From IMG/VR virus record IMGVR_UViG_3300049489_000842, positions 1 through 64,000 of that record: a stretch of DNA of 64,000 bases; one strand, written 5' to 3'. A program made the position numbers and the translations under genes. Each line of letters starts with the position of its first letter. Within the stretch, counting starts at the first letter, position 1. The notes under the pieces are model-generated. The model searched no databases and had not been told where the DNA came from. It worked only from the letters and a program-made list of their open reading frames with translations. This DNA is from a virus. Shown piece after piece: positions 45,892-55,976 of this stretch.

Positions 45892-48800
45892 CTAGTAGAG
45901 TCTCGATACTTCATCTAGTTCGGCCCATTTAAATAGCTCTTTTGCTCCTGGGGTCATTTTTATAGCTTCATTTAAAAACTTGTTTTCTCCTTGTTGGTTT
46001 TCCATTCCTCTTCCTGCTAGCACATCTTCTGCATATCCTACTACTCTGTTTAAGCTTTGCATATACTTTAGAATAGCTGTTGGATTGTTTAGGATATCCA
46101 AATATCCTTTGACTGACCAGAATGTTCTTGTTTCTTGGTCTAACCTACGTAAACTAGATACAAGGAATTTACCTGCTGCGCTTCTACATTTTAGTGTAGA
46201 GGCGGAATTATTATTACACATCTCAGCTTTAACTAGAGCCTGTAAAACATAAGTCATTACTCCTACAGTAAGCTCCATCATAGTTACTCTTAAATTCTGT
46301 AGCTGTACAGCTGAAACTTCTCCTCTGTCGTAAGCCGCTTTAAAAGTTTTATAGTTCAGTCCGAATTCTCTTATAGCTTGTAGTGTAGTTATATATCTTC
46401 CTTGCTTATAGGATTGAGAAATATAATCCCATCTTTTTGGACCAAATCTGGCCATAAAGGGATCAAAAAACCAAGTTTTGAACAGTATCAATGCTCTACC
46501 GGTAGCATACTTTTGTACAAGTTTCGGATTAGTATAATCTCCGTGTATAGCTGTAAGTTGATTTCTTACTTTTAAAGTTATGCCTGTAATAGCTTCATCT
46601 CCTGTTTTACCGTTAAAGGAGTATTTATCAGTTCCATCTGATTTTAATATTAGTTTTCCTGATTCATCTACCGCATCCCAGAAAGATATCTCTTCTCCAG
46701 TGTCAACATCTTTAACTTTATGATGTAGCATCATAGCTACCATTACTTGTCCCTGGTTAACTGTTTCTACAAACTTATTCCCTTCCATAGGCTTAATAAA
46801 TCTCGCTGCATTGCCTAATGAAGATTTTTTCTCTTCGAATGGATTTTTATGTGCGAAATCGTACATTATATCCCCAAGAATAGCATAGTTTTTAACAATA
46901 TTATCAAATTTACCTCTTTCTGAAAATAGTAAACCTGTAGCTTGCTTTAATCCTGATGTAGTGAAGTTTTCACCTCTTACAGACTCAATTAAATTAGCCA
47001 CATTACCTTGAAGTAAATTAGCTAAAAAGGACGGTAAGTTCCAGGATAAAGCTGTAAATCGGAGACTATCTATTAAAGATTGTACCATCTTATCAACAGA
47101 AATATATCTACCTAATGAGTTTATTCTTGTTTCGATAGTATCTATTTTACTTTGGTTCCCTCCTTTAGATTTTAAAACATCTAGTTCCTGCTTTAAAAGT
47201 AAAAGTTCTTCTTTTTCTTTTTTGGTATAAAATTTTCTTCCTTTTCTAAAGGATCTATCTTCACCTCCTAAGTCATAGTACTCTTTATCTACAAAGTAGT
47301 TAATCATGTCTTTGGCATTCTGTACATCTTGTTCAGTAATATCTTTAAGCTTTACATTATTACCTGTATTCTTTAAAGCTAATTCGAGCTTTTCAATAAT
47401 GAACTTATTAGGATTTGGCTTTTTCTTCTCATCTTCCAGTTCTGCTATCATTCTTTGTCTGCCGGTTAATCCAGCCATCTCATCGAGATAGTGCATAGCC
47501 AAGTCTATTTCAGGCTGTATAGCTGCTTTATAAGAGTAAGTCATTGATGCAAGATTAAGAGAGTTTAGGGCCATAAAAATATCCCCCTTATCACCTGACA
47601 TTATATAGTTAGAGGCCTCAGTAAATAAAATAGCCTCATCTTTAGCAGTTAAGTTTATCTTTTGTGCTTTTAATAAATCTCTTCTTCTTTTATACTCTAC
47701 CTCGATAGCTTCGGCTAATGTTATGACACTTTTCTCAACTTTCTTTACCTCTTTTCCAGTAATAGGATCAATAACCTTCTCCTTATTATTTGCTGAAGTA
47801 AAGTAATTTATAGCAGCATCTTTTGCAAAATCTTTTATCCCTAATTGATGCATTTCTTGTATCATTCCACTCTCTACATGAGCTAAAGTGAATCTGGATA
47901 AACTGCTGTCATTAAAGTTATTGTAGGCATCATCAACAATTTTTGCAGCCTCTTCATAAAAAGCGAAAGCTATAGGGTCATTTTTTATTGTTTCATAGTT
48001 TTTATCATATAGATTAAGAGGTTTCCCTTTACTATCGTATTTTTTAGGCACAATAACTATAAACCTATCTGCATCATATCCTACTAAATTCTTATATTTA
48101 GAATTAGGTGCCGCATCAACGGTAAATAGTCTGTGCCTTCTTACCGGAGAGTTATTATTAATCCATGAATCATAAATATTTAGTTCAGCTGATGTTAATC
48201 TATTCAAATCTGTATGACCAAATTCTGCTATCATAAAATCTTTCGAGATGGACTTGTATTCTTTAAAGAGTGCAGCTGCCTCATCTACTTTTTTAGTAGC
48301 CATTTCTACTCCTATATTAGGAGTAAGTTCATCTATATAGTCTTGTCTGTCTTTCTCAGCTCTTTTTGGATCTATTATAAATGTATTATCCCTTAACCAG
48401 CTTACTGATGTTTTATTCTTGTGGAAATTACGCATATTGTTCCAAAACTTGAATGTATACTCGGTAACAAGATTACCAGTAATGTCGTCATTATTTCCTT
48501 TTTGCCAGAACAGTTCTACGTCAAATTTAGAATCTTTTAACCTTTTATACAACTCACCTAACTCCCTACTTTTAGTTATAGCTCTAGTTGTAGCCATCGA
48601 GTTTACGGTATTGATCTTATTCATAAGATAAGCTGCAATAGGGTTGTCAAGATGAGCTATAGAATAGAAGTTTTTATATATCCAATTCCAAACCCGGGTT
48701 TTTAATGTAATCATATCTCGGAATGTAAATGTCTTACCAAGATTCTCAGAAGCTCTATTCACAAAAACCGATTTACCTAATTTATTCAAGTCTTTACCTA

Positions 48801-51800
48801 AGGTTTCGAACTCTATGTATATATCTCTAAATAAAGCTTTAACAGTTGGATCTTGTATTTCTACATCTTCTAACAAATAGTTAGTAGATTCATCTTCAAA
48901 GTCGGAGATAGCTGCCCAAGTATCTATTATCTTCCTAGCCGATAGGATATCTTCCGAAGATACTAAAGTAGAATTCAGTATTCTCTCGACTTCTTTCTTA
49001 TCCATATCTGCCATCTGCTTTATCTGAGTAACAGATTTGAAGTTTTTGATGTCTTTAAGTACTTGCTTTTTCTCGTTAACCCTATCTATAAAATATTGCA
49101 AATCTTTTTCAGCAGATCCTTTTAACCTTTCGCGATGAATGTGATTCTCCAGTGATTTTATCTCTGTCTTCACCTTCTTTTCTGCATTCGGAACTTTGAT
49201 GTTTAAGAATATTTCCTCGCTAAGTTCATCAGTCGGAGCCATTTTTACTAGTTCCCTGGATACGGATGTTGAGTAATTATCATACATCAGTTTGTTGTAC
49301 AAGTCCATGTCACTAGTACCTGTTACTTGTACAATTCTAGGGTCCGATGGATCGGTAGTTATAGAATCATATAGTCTGGAATTGAATTCTGAAATAACAG
49401 GTGATGAGGGAAGGTTTAAAATGATGGCCTCAGGAACAGCTTCGATAATCGCTTTTTCTATTGCAGTCCCCTCGGCCATATTCCCTGGATATATTATGTG
49501 ATCAGCCGGGTTTAAACTCATACCTTCAAGTAAAATGTTTACTCTTTCCTCTAATGAATTAGGTGGGATTACTCTACTGGCTAAAGATATGTTATTATCT
49601 TCTGACTTTTTTTGGTAAGCTTTTTTAGTAGGCCTAGAGTAAAAATTAACTCCTTCCTTTACACCTGATACCCATCCTAGTTTAACAAAAGATTTCTCTA
49701 TGACCTCATTATCATAGGATGTTCGAAACTTTTCTGGTTTAACTACAAAAGATAAAACCCCACCTGTAATAGCGGCATCTATCTCAGCTAAAGCTTCAGC
49801 TACTTCTCCCTCAGACATTATATTTATGAACGGAGTGTCTTCTTTGGAGTAGGACGTTAATGCCAGGTCTTCATCTATAGTTGGTTTTTGTTCAAGTTCG
49901 GTTAAGTCTTGTCTTGTTAAGAATGCATCTGTAAGTATTTTAGTAAGGGCAGCTTTATCTAGTAAGGATAACTTGTTTAGGTCCCCTAAAAACCAATTTA
50001 CAAACTTTTTCCACCATTCCCAGGCATCTCCTTTTTGTTTTACAGCCTGTTCTCCAATGCTTTGAACTAAAGCTTCCTCACTTCCCCATTTTTTTATAGC
50101 TTCTTGAACAATAGGGGTATTTCTATTCCATGCAATATAGTGATGAGCATATTCATGAGGTAAAGTATCTTGTTTTTGGTTTATAGCATCTACAAGAATA
50201 GTTAATGCTTTAGTATTAGCTTGACCTATTATTTGGTTAGCCTCATTTTTCTGTAAAAAGATATTACTTAAATCCCTGGCAGGGTTTATTGTGATCTCTC
50301 TCCATTCATTGCCATACTCATCAGTAATAGTTTTAACATTATCTTTACCGAATTGCTTTTCTAGTATATTACCTACTTTAATTTCATAAAATGCTTCAAT
50401 GGGTTTAAGTTTTTCTATACCTTGGGACTTAAGTTCTTGTTTCTCTTTTTCTGCTTTATCTAAAAGATCCTTATTTGCTGGAAAATATCCGCTATTACCT
50501 CTATGATCTTCATAATAATATTCGTCTTGTCCTTTCTCTATAGCATATTTTATATGATCTATCTCCGCATCTTTTCTCTTTATACTATCAGCAATAGTTT
50601 CATGCCCTTCTACTTTAGCAGCAGTTTCACCTTTAGGAAATAATACTTTCTCATATCCTTTCTTAGCACTATCTTGAATAATAGATTTAATAAAGAATGT
50701 TACCCAATTGTTGTCTTTGTTAAGAAGTTGTAAGAAAGAATTTCTAGTAATATATTCTTCTTCACCTTTAGGGTTTTTTGCAAAATCTTCTTCTGTTGTT
50801 GGTGTATAAAAATCAGTTGCTAAATCATCTTTATCTCTACCCTTCTGAAATAAATCAGATTGTACTTCTAGTATTCTACGAGTTTTAGGTAAATTATTTA
50901 TATAAGTATTTATATAAGATTCTGCTTCTTTTTTTGTAGCATATTCACCTAATGGTTCGTTAGTAGTTCTATCTCTAACATAGAATTTATTATTGTATTC
51001 AAATACCTCTTGACCTCCAATATATTGAGTAGGGTATACACTATCATCTTTTGTAAAATTATAATAGGTGTATAGTGGATTATGTTTATGTGTATTATTT
51101 GGGATAAACTTTTCATCACTTCTAAACCATCCAATACCATTATCAGTACTAAATTCTGCATGTCCTTTAATACTAGGTACAATTAATGGGGTAGATATTT
51201 CATTCTCAGTGTAGTTAGTACCACCTGGTACTGTTAGGTTTGAGTAATATTCAGAATTTCTTTCATACATACCTCCTTCTAATATACCAGTATCCTCATT
51301 ATAGTAAGCTGGGGTTTGTTCTGATTTAGCAGTATTAATCTCAACACTATAACTATACTTACTAGCTAGTTCTAAGGCTAATTGTTCTCTATCAGTAATA
51401 CCTAAATCTAATAATAATTGTTTTTGCTCTTTAGGCACGGAAAGTTCTGTTAAAATTTTATTTAAATCCCACTTAGCTTTTTCTCCTTTAGAAAATATTT
51501 GTTTTGCTTTATCAGATAAAAGTATCTCCGTAGCTTTAAGTCTATAGTTAATTTGCTTATCATATTCTTCTTGATTGAATACATTATCTCCGTACTCCCA
51601 AGCAGGAGTATTGGTAATATTAAGTTTAATTTCTGGGTATAACTTCTGAAGTTTATCCTGGATTTTCTGAGCTAATTGACTATCAAAAGAGGAATTAGGT
51701 GAAGTTTTTGTAACTACAGTAGCCGGGATGTTATTTTTACCAGCTTCATAAGCTTTAGTGAGGTATTCTGCAGAATCCTCGAATGTTTCATCAGCCAGGC

Positions 51801-52587
51801 TAACACCAGTACTCTTTATGATTATAATCTTGGCATCATTAGTTATAAAAGCAGGAGGAGAGTCTATATCATCTCCTTTAATAATTTCACGTTTACCTTC
51901 TTTCTTTAATCTAGAAGTAGGTACTCGAGTTAATTTAGATATCCCACCTTTTATTACTCTTGGGTCTACTAAGTCAACCATAGGAACACCTCCTTCAACA
52001 TACGATTTGTATACATAATATACAGTCACTTTATTATCAGTACTTTCTATCTTCTTACCATCAACTTGATCTTGAGAATATAGAACAACTGACCCGGCTT
52101 TTATTGGGCCATCCGGCTCTTTAGTATACTGCTTTCTTAAAGCTTTCTCATAAGATTCCACATCTACATTAGGTACAGGAACTTTACTGGCAAGAACTAT
52201 ATCCTGGTAATCCATTAATGGTATTTTCCCGGATTTACCAACAAAGAAATCCGCATTATAATCTTTAAACAAAACAGGTTCAAGATTACGATCTTGTTTT
52301 ACACCGGAGTATTCCTTTGCAAGGTCTATATATCTCCAGTCTCCGAACTCTTTTATGAATTCAGGAGAGTGAATCCTGGCTTTTAACAGATGTGTTTTTG
52401 TAGTGTCTTGAACTACGCTTTCTATGGTTTTATATAGTATTGAAGGTTCTCCTTCTCTGGTATAATCTAAAGGATACCCGTTATTAGATTCAAGAACAGC
52501 ATAAGCTATATCTTTATTTCCGAACATTTTAGTTAAATCCCTAAGATTTTTTCTTACGGAAGGTAGATTTAATGCTAAACAACCCAT
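45892..52587 (-). CDS. Giant virion/ejection protein (2231 aa), polyvalent, with zincin HExxH
   Basis: N-terminal F.KEFGDW motif, GGTNY...ILEVQSD module, TLPHEYAHH metallopeptidase motif, long helical C-terminus. No DxDGD/DFDID RNAP motif seen. Confidence 0.75.
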   Translation of the reverse strand: MGCLALNLPSVRKNLRDLTKMFGNKDIAYAVLESNNGYPLDYTREGEPSILYKTIESVVQDTTKTHLLKARIHSPEFIKEFGDWRYIDLAKEYSGVKQDRNLEPVLFKDYNADFFVGKSGKIPLMDYQDIVLASKVPVPNVDVESYEKALRKQYTKEPDGPIKAGSVVLYSQDQVDGKKIESTDNKVTVYYVYKSYVEGGVPMVDLVDPRVIKGGISKLTRVPTSRLKKEGKREIIKGDDIDSPPAFITNDAKIIIIKSTGVSLADETFEDSAEYLTKAYEAGKNNIPATVVTKTSPNSSFDSQLAQKIQDKLQKLYPEIKLNITNTPAWEYGDNVFNQEEYDKQINYRLKATEILLSDKAKQIFSKGEKAKWDLNKILTELSVPKEQKQLLLDLGITDREQLALELASKYSYSVEINTAKSEQTPAYYNEDTGILEGGMYERNSEYYSNLTVPGGTNYTENEISTPLIVPSIKGHAEFSTDNGIGWFRSDEKFIPNNTHKHNPLYTYYNFTKDDSVYPTQYIGGQEVFEYNNKFYVRDRTTNEPLGEYATKKEAESYINTYINNLPKTRRILEVQSDLFQKGRDKDDLATDFYTPTTEEDFAKNPKGEEEYITRNSFLQLLNKDNNWVTFFIKSIIQDSAKKGYEKVLFPKGETAAKVEGHETIADSIKRKDAEIDHIKYAIEKGQDEYYYEDHRGNSGYFPANKDLLDKAEKEKQELKSQGIEKLKPIEAFYEIKVGNILEKQFGKDNVKTITDEYGNEWREITINPARDLSNIFLQKNEANQIIGQANTKALTILVDAINQKQDTLPHEYAHHYIAWNRNTPIVQEAIKKWGSEEALVQSIGEQAVKQKGDAWEWWKKFVNWFLGDLNKLSLLDKAALTKILTDAFLTRQDLTELEQKPTIDEDLALTSYSKEDTPFINIMSEGEVAEALAEIDAAITGGVLSFVVKPEKFRTSYDNEVIEKSFVKLGWVSGVKEGVNFYSRPTKKAYQKKSEDNNISLASRVIPPNSLEERVNILLEGMSLNPADHIIYPGNMAEGTAIEKAIIEAVPEAIILNLPSSPVISEFNSRLYDSITTDPSDPRIVQVTGTSDMDLYNKLMYDNYSTSVSRELVKMAPTDELSEEIFLNIKVPNAEKKVKTEIKSLENHIHRERLKGSAEKDLQYFIDRVNEKKQVLKDIKNFKSVTQIKQMADMDKKEVERILNSTLVSSEDILSARKIIDTWAAISDFEDESTNYLLEDVEIQDPTVKALFRDIYIEFETLGKDLNKLGKSVFVNRASENLGKTFTFRDMITLKTRVWNWIYKNFYSIAHLDNPIAAYLMNKINTVNSMATTRAITKSRELGELYKRLKDSKFDVELFWQKGNNDDITGNLVTEYTFKFWNNMRNFHKNKTSVSWLRDNTFIIDPKRAEKDRQDYIDELTPNIGVEMATKKVDEAAALFKEYKSISKDFMIAEFGHTDLNRLTSAELNIYDSWINNNSPVRRHRLFTVDAAPNSKYKNLVGYDADRFIVIVPKKYDSKGKPLNLYDKNYETIKNDPIAFAFYEEAAKIVDDAYNNFNDSSLSRFTLAHVESGMIQEMHQLGIKDFAKDAAINYFTSANNKEKVIDPITGKEVKKVEKSVITLAEAIEVEYKRRRDLLKAQKINLTAKDEAILFTEASNYIMSGDKGDIFMALNSLNLASMTYSYKAAIQPEIDLAMHYLDEMAGLTGRQRMIAELEDEKKKPNPNKFIIEKLELALKNTGNNVKLKDITEQDVQNAKDMINYFVDKEYYDLGGEDRSFRKGRKFYTKKEKEELLLLKQELDVLKSKGGNQSKIDTIETRINSLGRYISVDKMVQSLIDSLRFTALSWNLPSFLANLLQGNVANLIESVRGENFTTSGLKQATGLLFSERGKFDNIVKNYAILGDIMYDFAHKNPFEEKKSSLGNAARFIKPMEGNKFVETVNQGQVMVAMMLHHKVKDVDTGEEISFWDAVDESGKLILKSDGTDKYSFNGKTGDEAITGITLKVRNQLTAIHGDYTNPKLVQKYATGRALILFKTWFFDPFMARFGPKRWDYISQSYKQGRYITTLQAIREFGLNYKTFKAAYDRGEVSAVQLQNLRVTMMELTVGVMTYVLQALVKAEMCNNNSASTLKCRSAAGKFLVSSLRRLDQETRTFWSVKGYLDILNNPTAILKYMQSLNRVVGYAEDVLAGRGMENQQGENKFLNEAIKMTPGAKELFKWAELDEVSRLY

Positions 52588-52611
52588 AATTTTATATATT
52601 TATTTATAGTA

Positions 52612-52619
52612 CAAATGTA
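52612..52619 (-). promoter_or_regulatory. Bacteroidota-type -7 element TACATTTG
   Basis: About 25 nt upstream of the giant-gene ATG. Confidence 0.6.
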
Positions 52620-52639
52620 ATAATTTAAAAGATAATACG

Positions 52640-53044
52640 ATGAACGAAAAATCACATGTTGCTCTTGTAAAAAGAGTATGTAGAGTATGCCTTCAAACAG
52701 AAGATGCTGAAATACTTTTAGCAACCCATTATCATAAAAATGGAGAACCTGTAGAAGATCTTGCTCCTATGCATGGTAAAGTAGTAGGCTTTATAGAAGA
52801 TGGTATGTGTAAAAAATGTAAAGAAAAGCACGAAGGTTTTCTTGTTTTAATAGGCTGTGACTTAAGTGCTAATGACTCTTCAAAAGATAACCCAGTACTG
52901 TTAGGAAAGAATGTACTTGTTAAAAAAGATTCAGGTTTTGGTTTATATTTACAAGAAAAAGGTCTTATAAAAGATGATATAGCTTATATTGATAAACCAG
53001 ATTTTGAAGAACTACAATTAAAAATATCTTCAGAACAAAACTAA
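52640..53044 (+). CDS. Zn-binding hypothetical protein
   Basis: CRVC...CKKC motifs. Confidence 0.7.
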   Translation: MNEKSHVALVKRVCRVCLQTEDAEILLATHYHKNGEPVEDLAPMHGKVVGFIEDGMCKKCKEKHEGFLVLIGCDLSANDSSKDNPVLLGKNVLVKKDSGFGLYLQEKGLIKDDIAYIDKPDFEELQLKISSEQN

Positions 53045-53215
53045 GTTTTATGATAGGATGTGGTTATTGTCTTTACGAAAAGGAGTGTCATGTACATAAT
53101 CCTAATGTAAACAAGGCTAGCTTCGGCTGTCCTGGCTTCCGTCACTTTGACGATGCGCCAATTTCAAATGTAAACTTCCCTAAGGAAGAAGTGTCTAATT
53201 TTAACGATAGATTGA

Positions 53216-53641
53216 ATGAAAAAAATTGAAGTAAAGATTGCAGGGGCTGGACAAATGCCCCTTTATGCTAAACCTGGAGATGCAGGTTGCGATTTGTGTT
53301 ACTATGGGGATAAACCGCTAGGTTTAAAGCCAAGGGAGATAACAAAAGTTCCGACCGGAGTATTTCTCGAGATACCAGAAGGGTATGAATGCCAAGTTAG
53401 GCCTAGAAGCGGATTAGCTTTAAAAGGTATTATAACTATATTAGGCACAGTGGATTCTGGCTATAGAGGAGAGATTTGTGCTATAGTGCATAACACAACA
53501 TCAGAGATGTTTGTACTTCAACCTTTTGATAGAATATCTCAGTTAGTATTCAATAAAGTTGTTCAGGCAGATTTTGAAAGAGTTATTACACTATCAGAAT
53601 CGGAAAGGGGAATAGGAGGATTTGGACATACTGGAATATGA
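53216..53641 (+). CDS. dut: Trimeric dUTPase
   Basis: DAGCDL, RPRSGLA, GTVDSGYRGE, RISQLV and RGIGGFGHTG motifs. Confidence 0.96.
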   Translation: MKKIEVKIAGAGQMPLYAKPGDAGCDLCYYGDKPLGLKPREITKVPTGVFLEIPEGYECQVRPRSGLALKGIITILGTVDSGYRGEICAIVHNTTSEMFVLQPFDRISQLVFNKVVQADFERVITLSESERGIGGFGHTGI

Positions 53642-53892
53642 GTTTAACGTTTTCTAAAGCTGATGTTCAGTTTAAAGTAGGAAGTAAACTTGTAAAGTTC
53701 AGTGTAGTTCATAATTTACCTGAAATTTTTGGGTTACATTTCGAAGGGGCACTAACAAATTGGTTAGTAAGAACAGATACTTTCACAGCAAAGTCTCTTT
53801 GTAAGTATATAAATCAGAAACAGGATGAATATGTATGCATGACTATTAAAACTTGGAATAGATTAAATAAAAATGACAACACAGAAACCTGA
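53638..53892 (+). CDS. Hypothetical protein, paralogue of 55274-55558
   Basis: Shared VKFSV.HNLP..FGL....AL.NW..RTD..TA.SLC.YI......YVCMT. Confidence 0.8.
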   Translation: MSLTFSKADVQFKVGSKLVKFSVVHNLPEIFGLHFEGALTNWLVRTDTFTAKSLCKYINQKQDEYVCMTIKTWNRLNKNDNTET

Positions 53893-54052
53893 AGTTCAAA
53901 CTATTTTCACCAGAGAAGAGGTGGAGAAATTATTAGCAAGGCAAAGGAGGTTTTCTACAAAAGGTATAAGACACATCCATCCATTTACCCGGACTTTAGT
54001 ACGGGAACACATTAAGAAATCAAAATTAAAATTTTAAAAAGGAGAATTAAGT

Positions 54053-54238
54053 ATGAAAAAAAGATTATTAAAGTTACTAGGCCTATACACACAGGCAGAT
54101 ATGGTTTCCTTCGGGAATTACCTTCTTTCTATGGAAAGAGAAAAAGTTTTAATGGAAAACTGCAACTCTCCATTTGAGTATGAAGCGAAGAGTGTTAAAG
54201 TACATGACGCGGATTTTGACCAATGGAAAAGCCGGTAG
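54053..54238 (+). CDS. Small conserved phage protein
   Basis: DMVSFGNYLLS.ER...V.DADF..W motif. Confidence 0.7.
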   Translation: MKKRLLKLLGLYTQADMVSFGNYLLSMEREKVLMENCNSPFEYEAKSVKVHDADFDQWKSR

Positions 54239-54399
54239 AAAAACTATGGATTAGCTTTGAAGAATGGAAATTTGAAAAAGAATGGTTGAAGGGTAGAGAA
54301 AAGTTATTCTTTAGGGCTAATCCTATTGCACACGAACTCCTTCATGAAACTATACGGAAAAACATTAAATGAACTAATGAAAGAAAGGGTAAAAACAAA

Positions 54400-55271
54400 A
54401 TGAATAAAGATAAAAATAATAAACTCCCCATACATCTGATTGGTATCAGTGGTCGTATGGGGAGTGGTTAAGTAAAGATACTGTTGGAAAAATTGTACAG
54501 TATTTATTTGCTAAAGAAGAATCTTCTATAATATATGTAAAGTCAAAGTTAGTAAAAGACATGAGTAATATTTTATTAGACTTTGAAGGATATATTAATG
54601 AAGGATATGATAAAAACAGTAACTGGCAAATAAAGAAGTTCGCTACCAAAGTTAAGGAGATATGCTCACTTCTCACTGGGATACCTGTGAAAGACTTTGA
54701 GAAAGAAGAAGTTAAAAGTAGTTATTTAGGAGAAGAGTGGGACTATATTAAGTTTGAAAGTTCCGGTAAAAAAGTAATGAATAGAAAAGAGTATTTGGAT
54801 TACATAGCAGGTACAACTTTTATGCATACTAAATTAGATTTTAACAGGATGACAGTAAGAGAACTACTTCAAAAAGTAGGTACAGATGCAATGAGAGATG
54901 TTATACATCCTGATGTTTGGGTTAATGCTTTGATGAAGGATTATAGAGATAAAGTAGACTTTGATAAATCTTTACCACCAAATAAAAACTGGTTAATTAC
55001 AGATGTACGCTTTCCTAATGAGGCTAAAGCTATTAAAGATAGAGGTGGGATTGTTGTTAGGGTTAATAGACCTTCTGTAAGAAAAGAGGAAGTCACAAAT
55101 GCTTTGACAGGAGAGAAAGATTACTTTCATGTCCATTATCCGAAGGACGAACATCCTTCTGAAACAGCTTTGGATGGCTATCAATTCGACTATATCATTG
55201 ACAATTCTGGTAGTATTGAGGATCTTATACGTAAGACAAAGGAGTTTTTAATCTCATTTAATCTTTTATAA
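54400..55271 (+). pseudogene. Deoxynucleoside monophosphate kinase interrupted in the P-loop (5-nt insert TAAGT at 54469-54473); pseudogene or recoded gene
   Basis: 54400 ATG...IGISGRMGSG-stop, then KDTVGKI in frame with ORF 54561, which has KKFA..VK, RELLQKVGTD, ITDVRFPNE and HPSET..D motifs. Confidence 0.8.
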
Positions 55272-55273
55272 AG

Positions 55274-55558
55274 ATGATTGGAATAATGAACGTTAAATTT
55301 ATACATATGAAATTAGTATTAGCTGAAATAGAATTTGAAGTAGATGCCAAACCTGTAAAATTTAGTGTGTATCACAACTTACCAGATACTTTTGGTTTAA
55401 GCTTACAAGATGCACTCGAGAATTGGTTTATAAGAACTGACAAATATACTGCTGCATCTCTTTGTAATTATATTAAAAACAAAGGAATAGAGTATGTTTG
55501 TATGACTGAAACACAGTATAAACGATTAAATAAATATGAAAACAAACGAAATAATTGA
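55274..55558 (+). CDS. Hypothetical protein, paralogue of 53638-53892
   Basis: See the paralogue alignment above. Confidence 0.8.
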   Translation: MIGIMNVKFIHMKLVLAEIEFEVDAKPVKFSVYHNLPDTFGLSLQDALENWFIRTDKYTAASLCNYIKNKGIEYVCMTETQYKRLNKYENKRNN

Positions 55559-55976
55559 AGGAAATAAGTTGATTGCCGAGTTTATGGGTTATGTGCTTCA
55601 TGATCTAGGTGATGGAAAAAGCCCATACTATAATCATAATAATAAGTATTTAAAACCCTGCGCAGTAATACGTTTAGATAAAGGAGAGAAACTTCAATTT
55701 GACTCTTCTTGGGACTGGCTTATGCCAGTTGTAGAGAAAATTGAAAGTTTGACAAACTATGTAAATACTGTAGAATATAATAAAAGTAATTATTTAGGAG
55801 CTTTTTATTTCTCTATTCTAACAATTCCATTTAGTTCTATTACACAACATGTGTACATTAATGCGGAACATAAGAAAATGATGGGTAAAGATGTTACAGA
55901 TAGTTGGGCAGATACTAAGATAGAAGCTGTATATAAAGTAGTAGTTGAATTTATAAAATGGTACAATGGAAAGTAA
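55536..55976 (+). CDS. Conserved Bacteroidota-phage hypothetical protein
   Basis: NKLIAEFMG, SWDWLMPVVEKIE and IEAVY..VVEFIKWYN motifs. Confidence 0.75.
   Translation: MKTNEIIEGNKLIAEFMGYVLHDLGDGKSPYYNHNNKYLKPCAVIRLDKGEKLQFDSSWDWLMPVVEKIESLTNYVNTVEYNKSNYLGAFYFSILTIPFSSITQHVYINAEHKKMMGKDVTDSWADTKIEAVYKVVVEFIKWYNGK

Noticed and set aside
45892-52587. Catalytic subunit of the crAss virion RNA polymerase
   Set aside because: No DxDxD catalytic motif (DFDID/DYDGD type) found; the RNAP gene probably lies outside the window.
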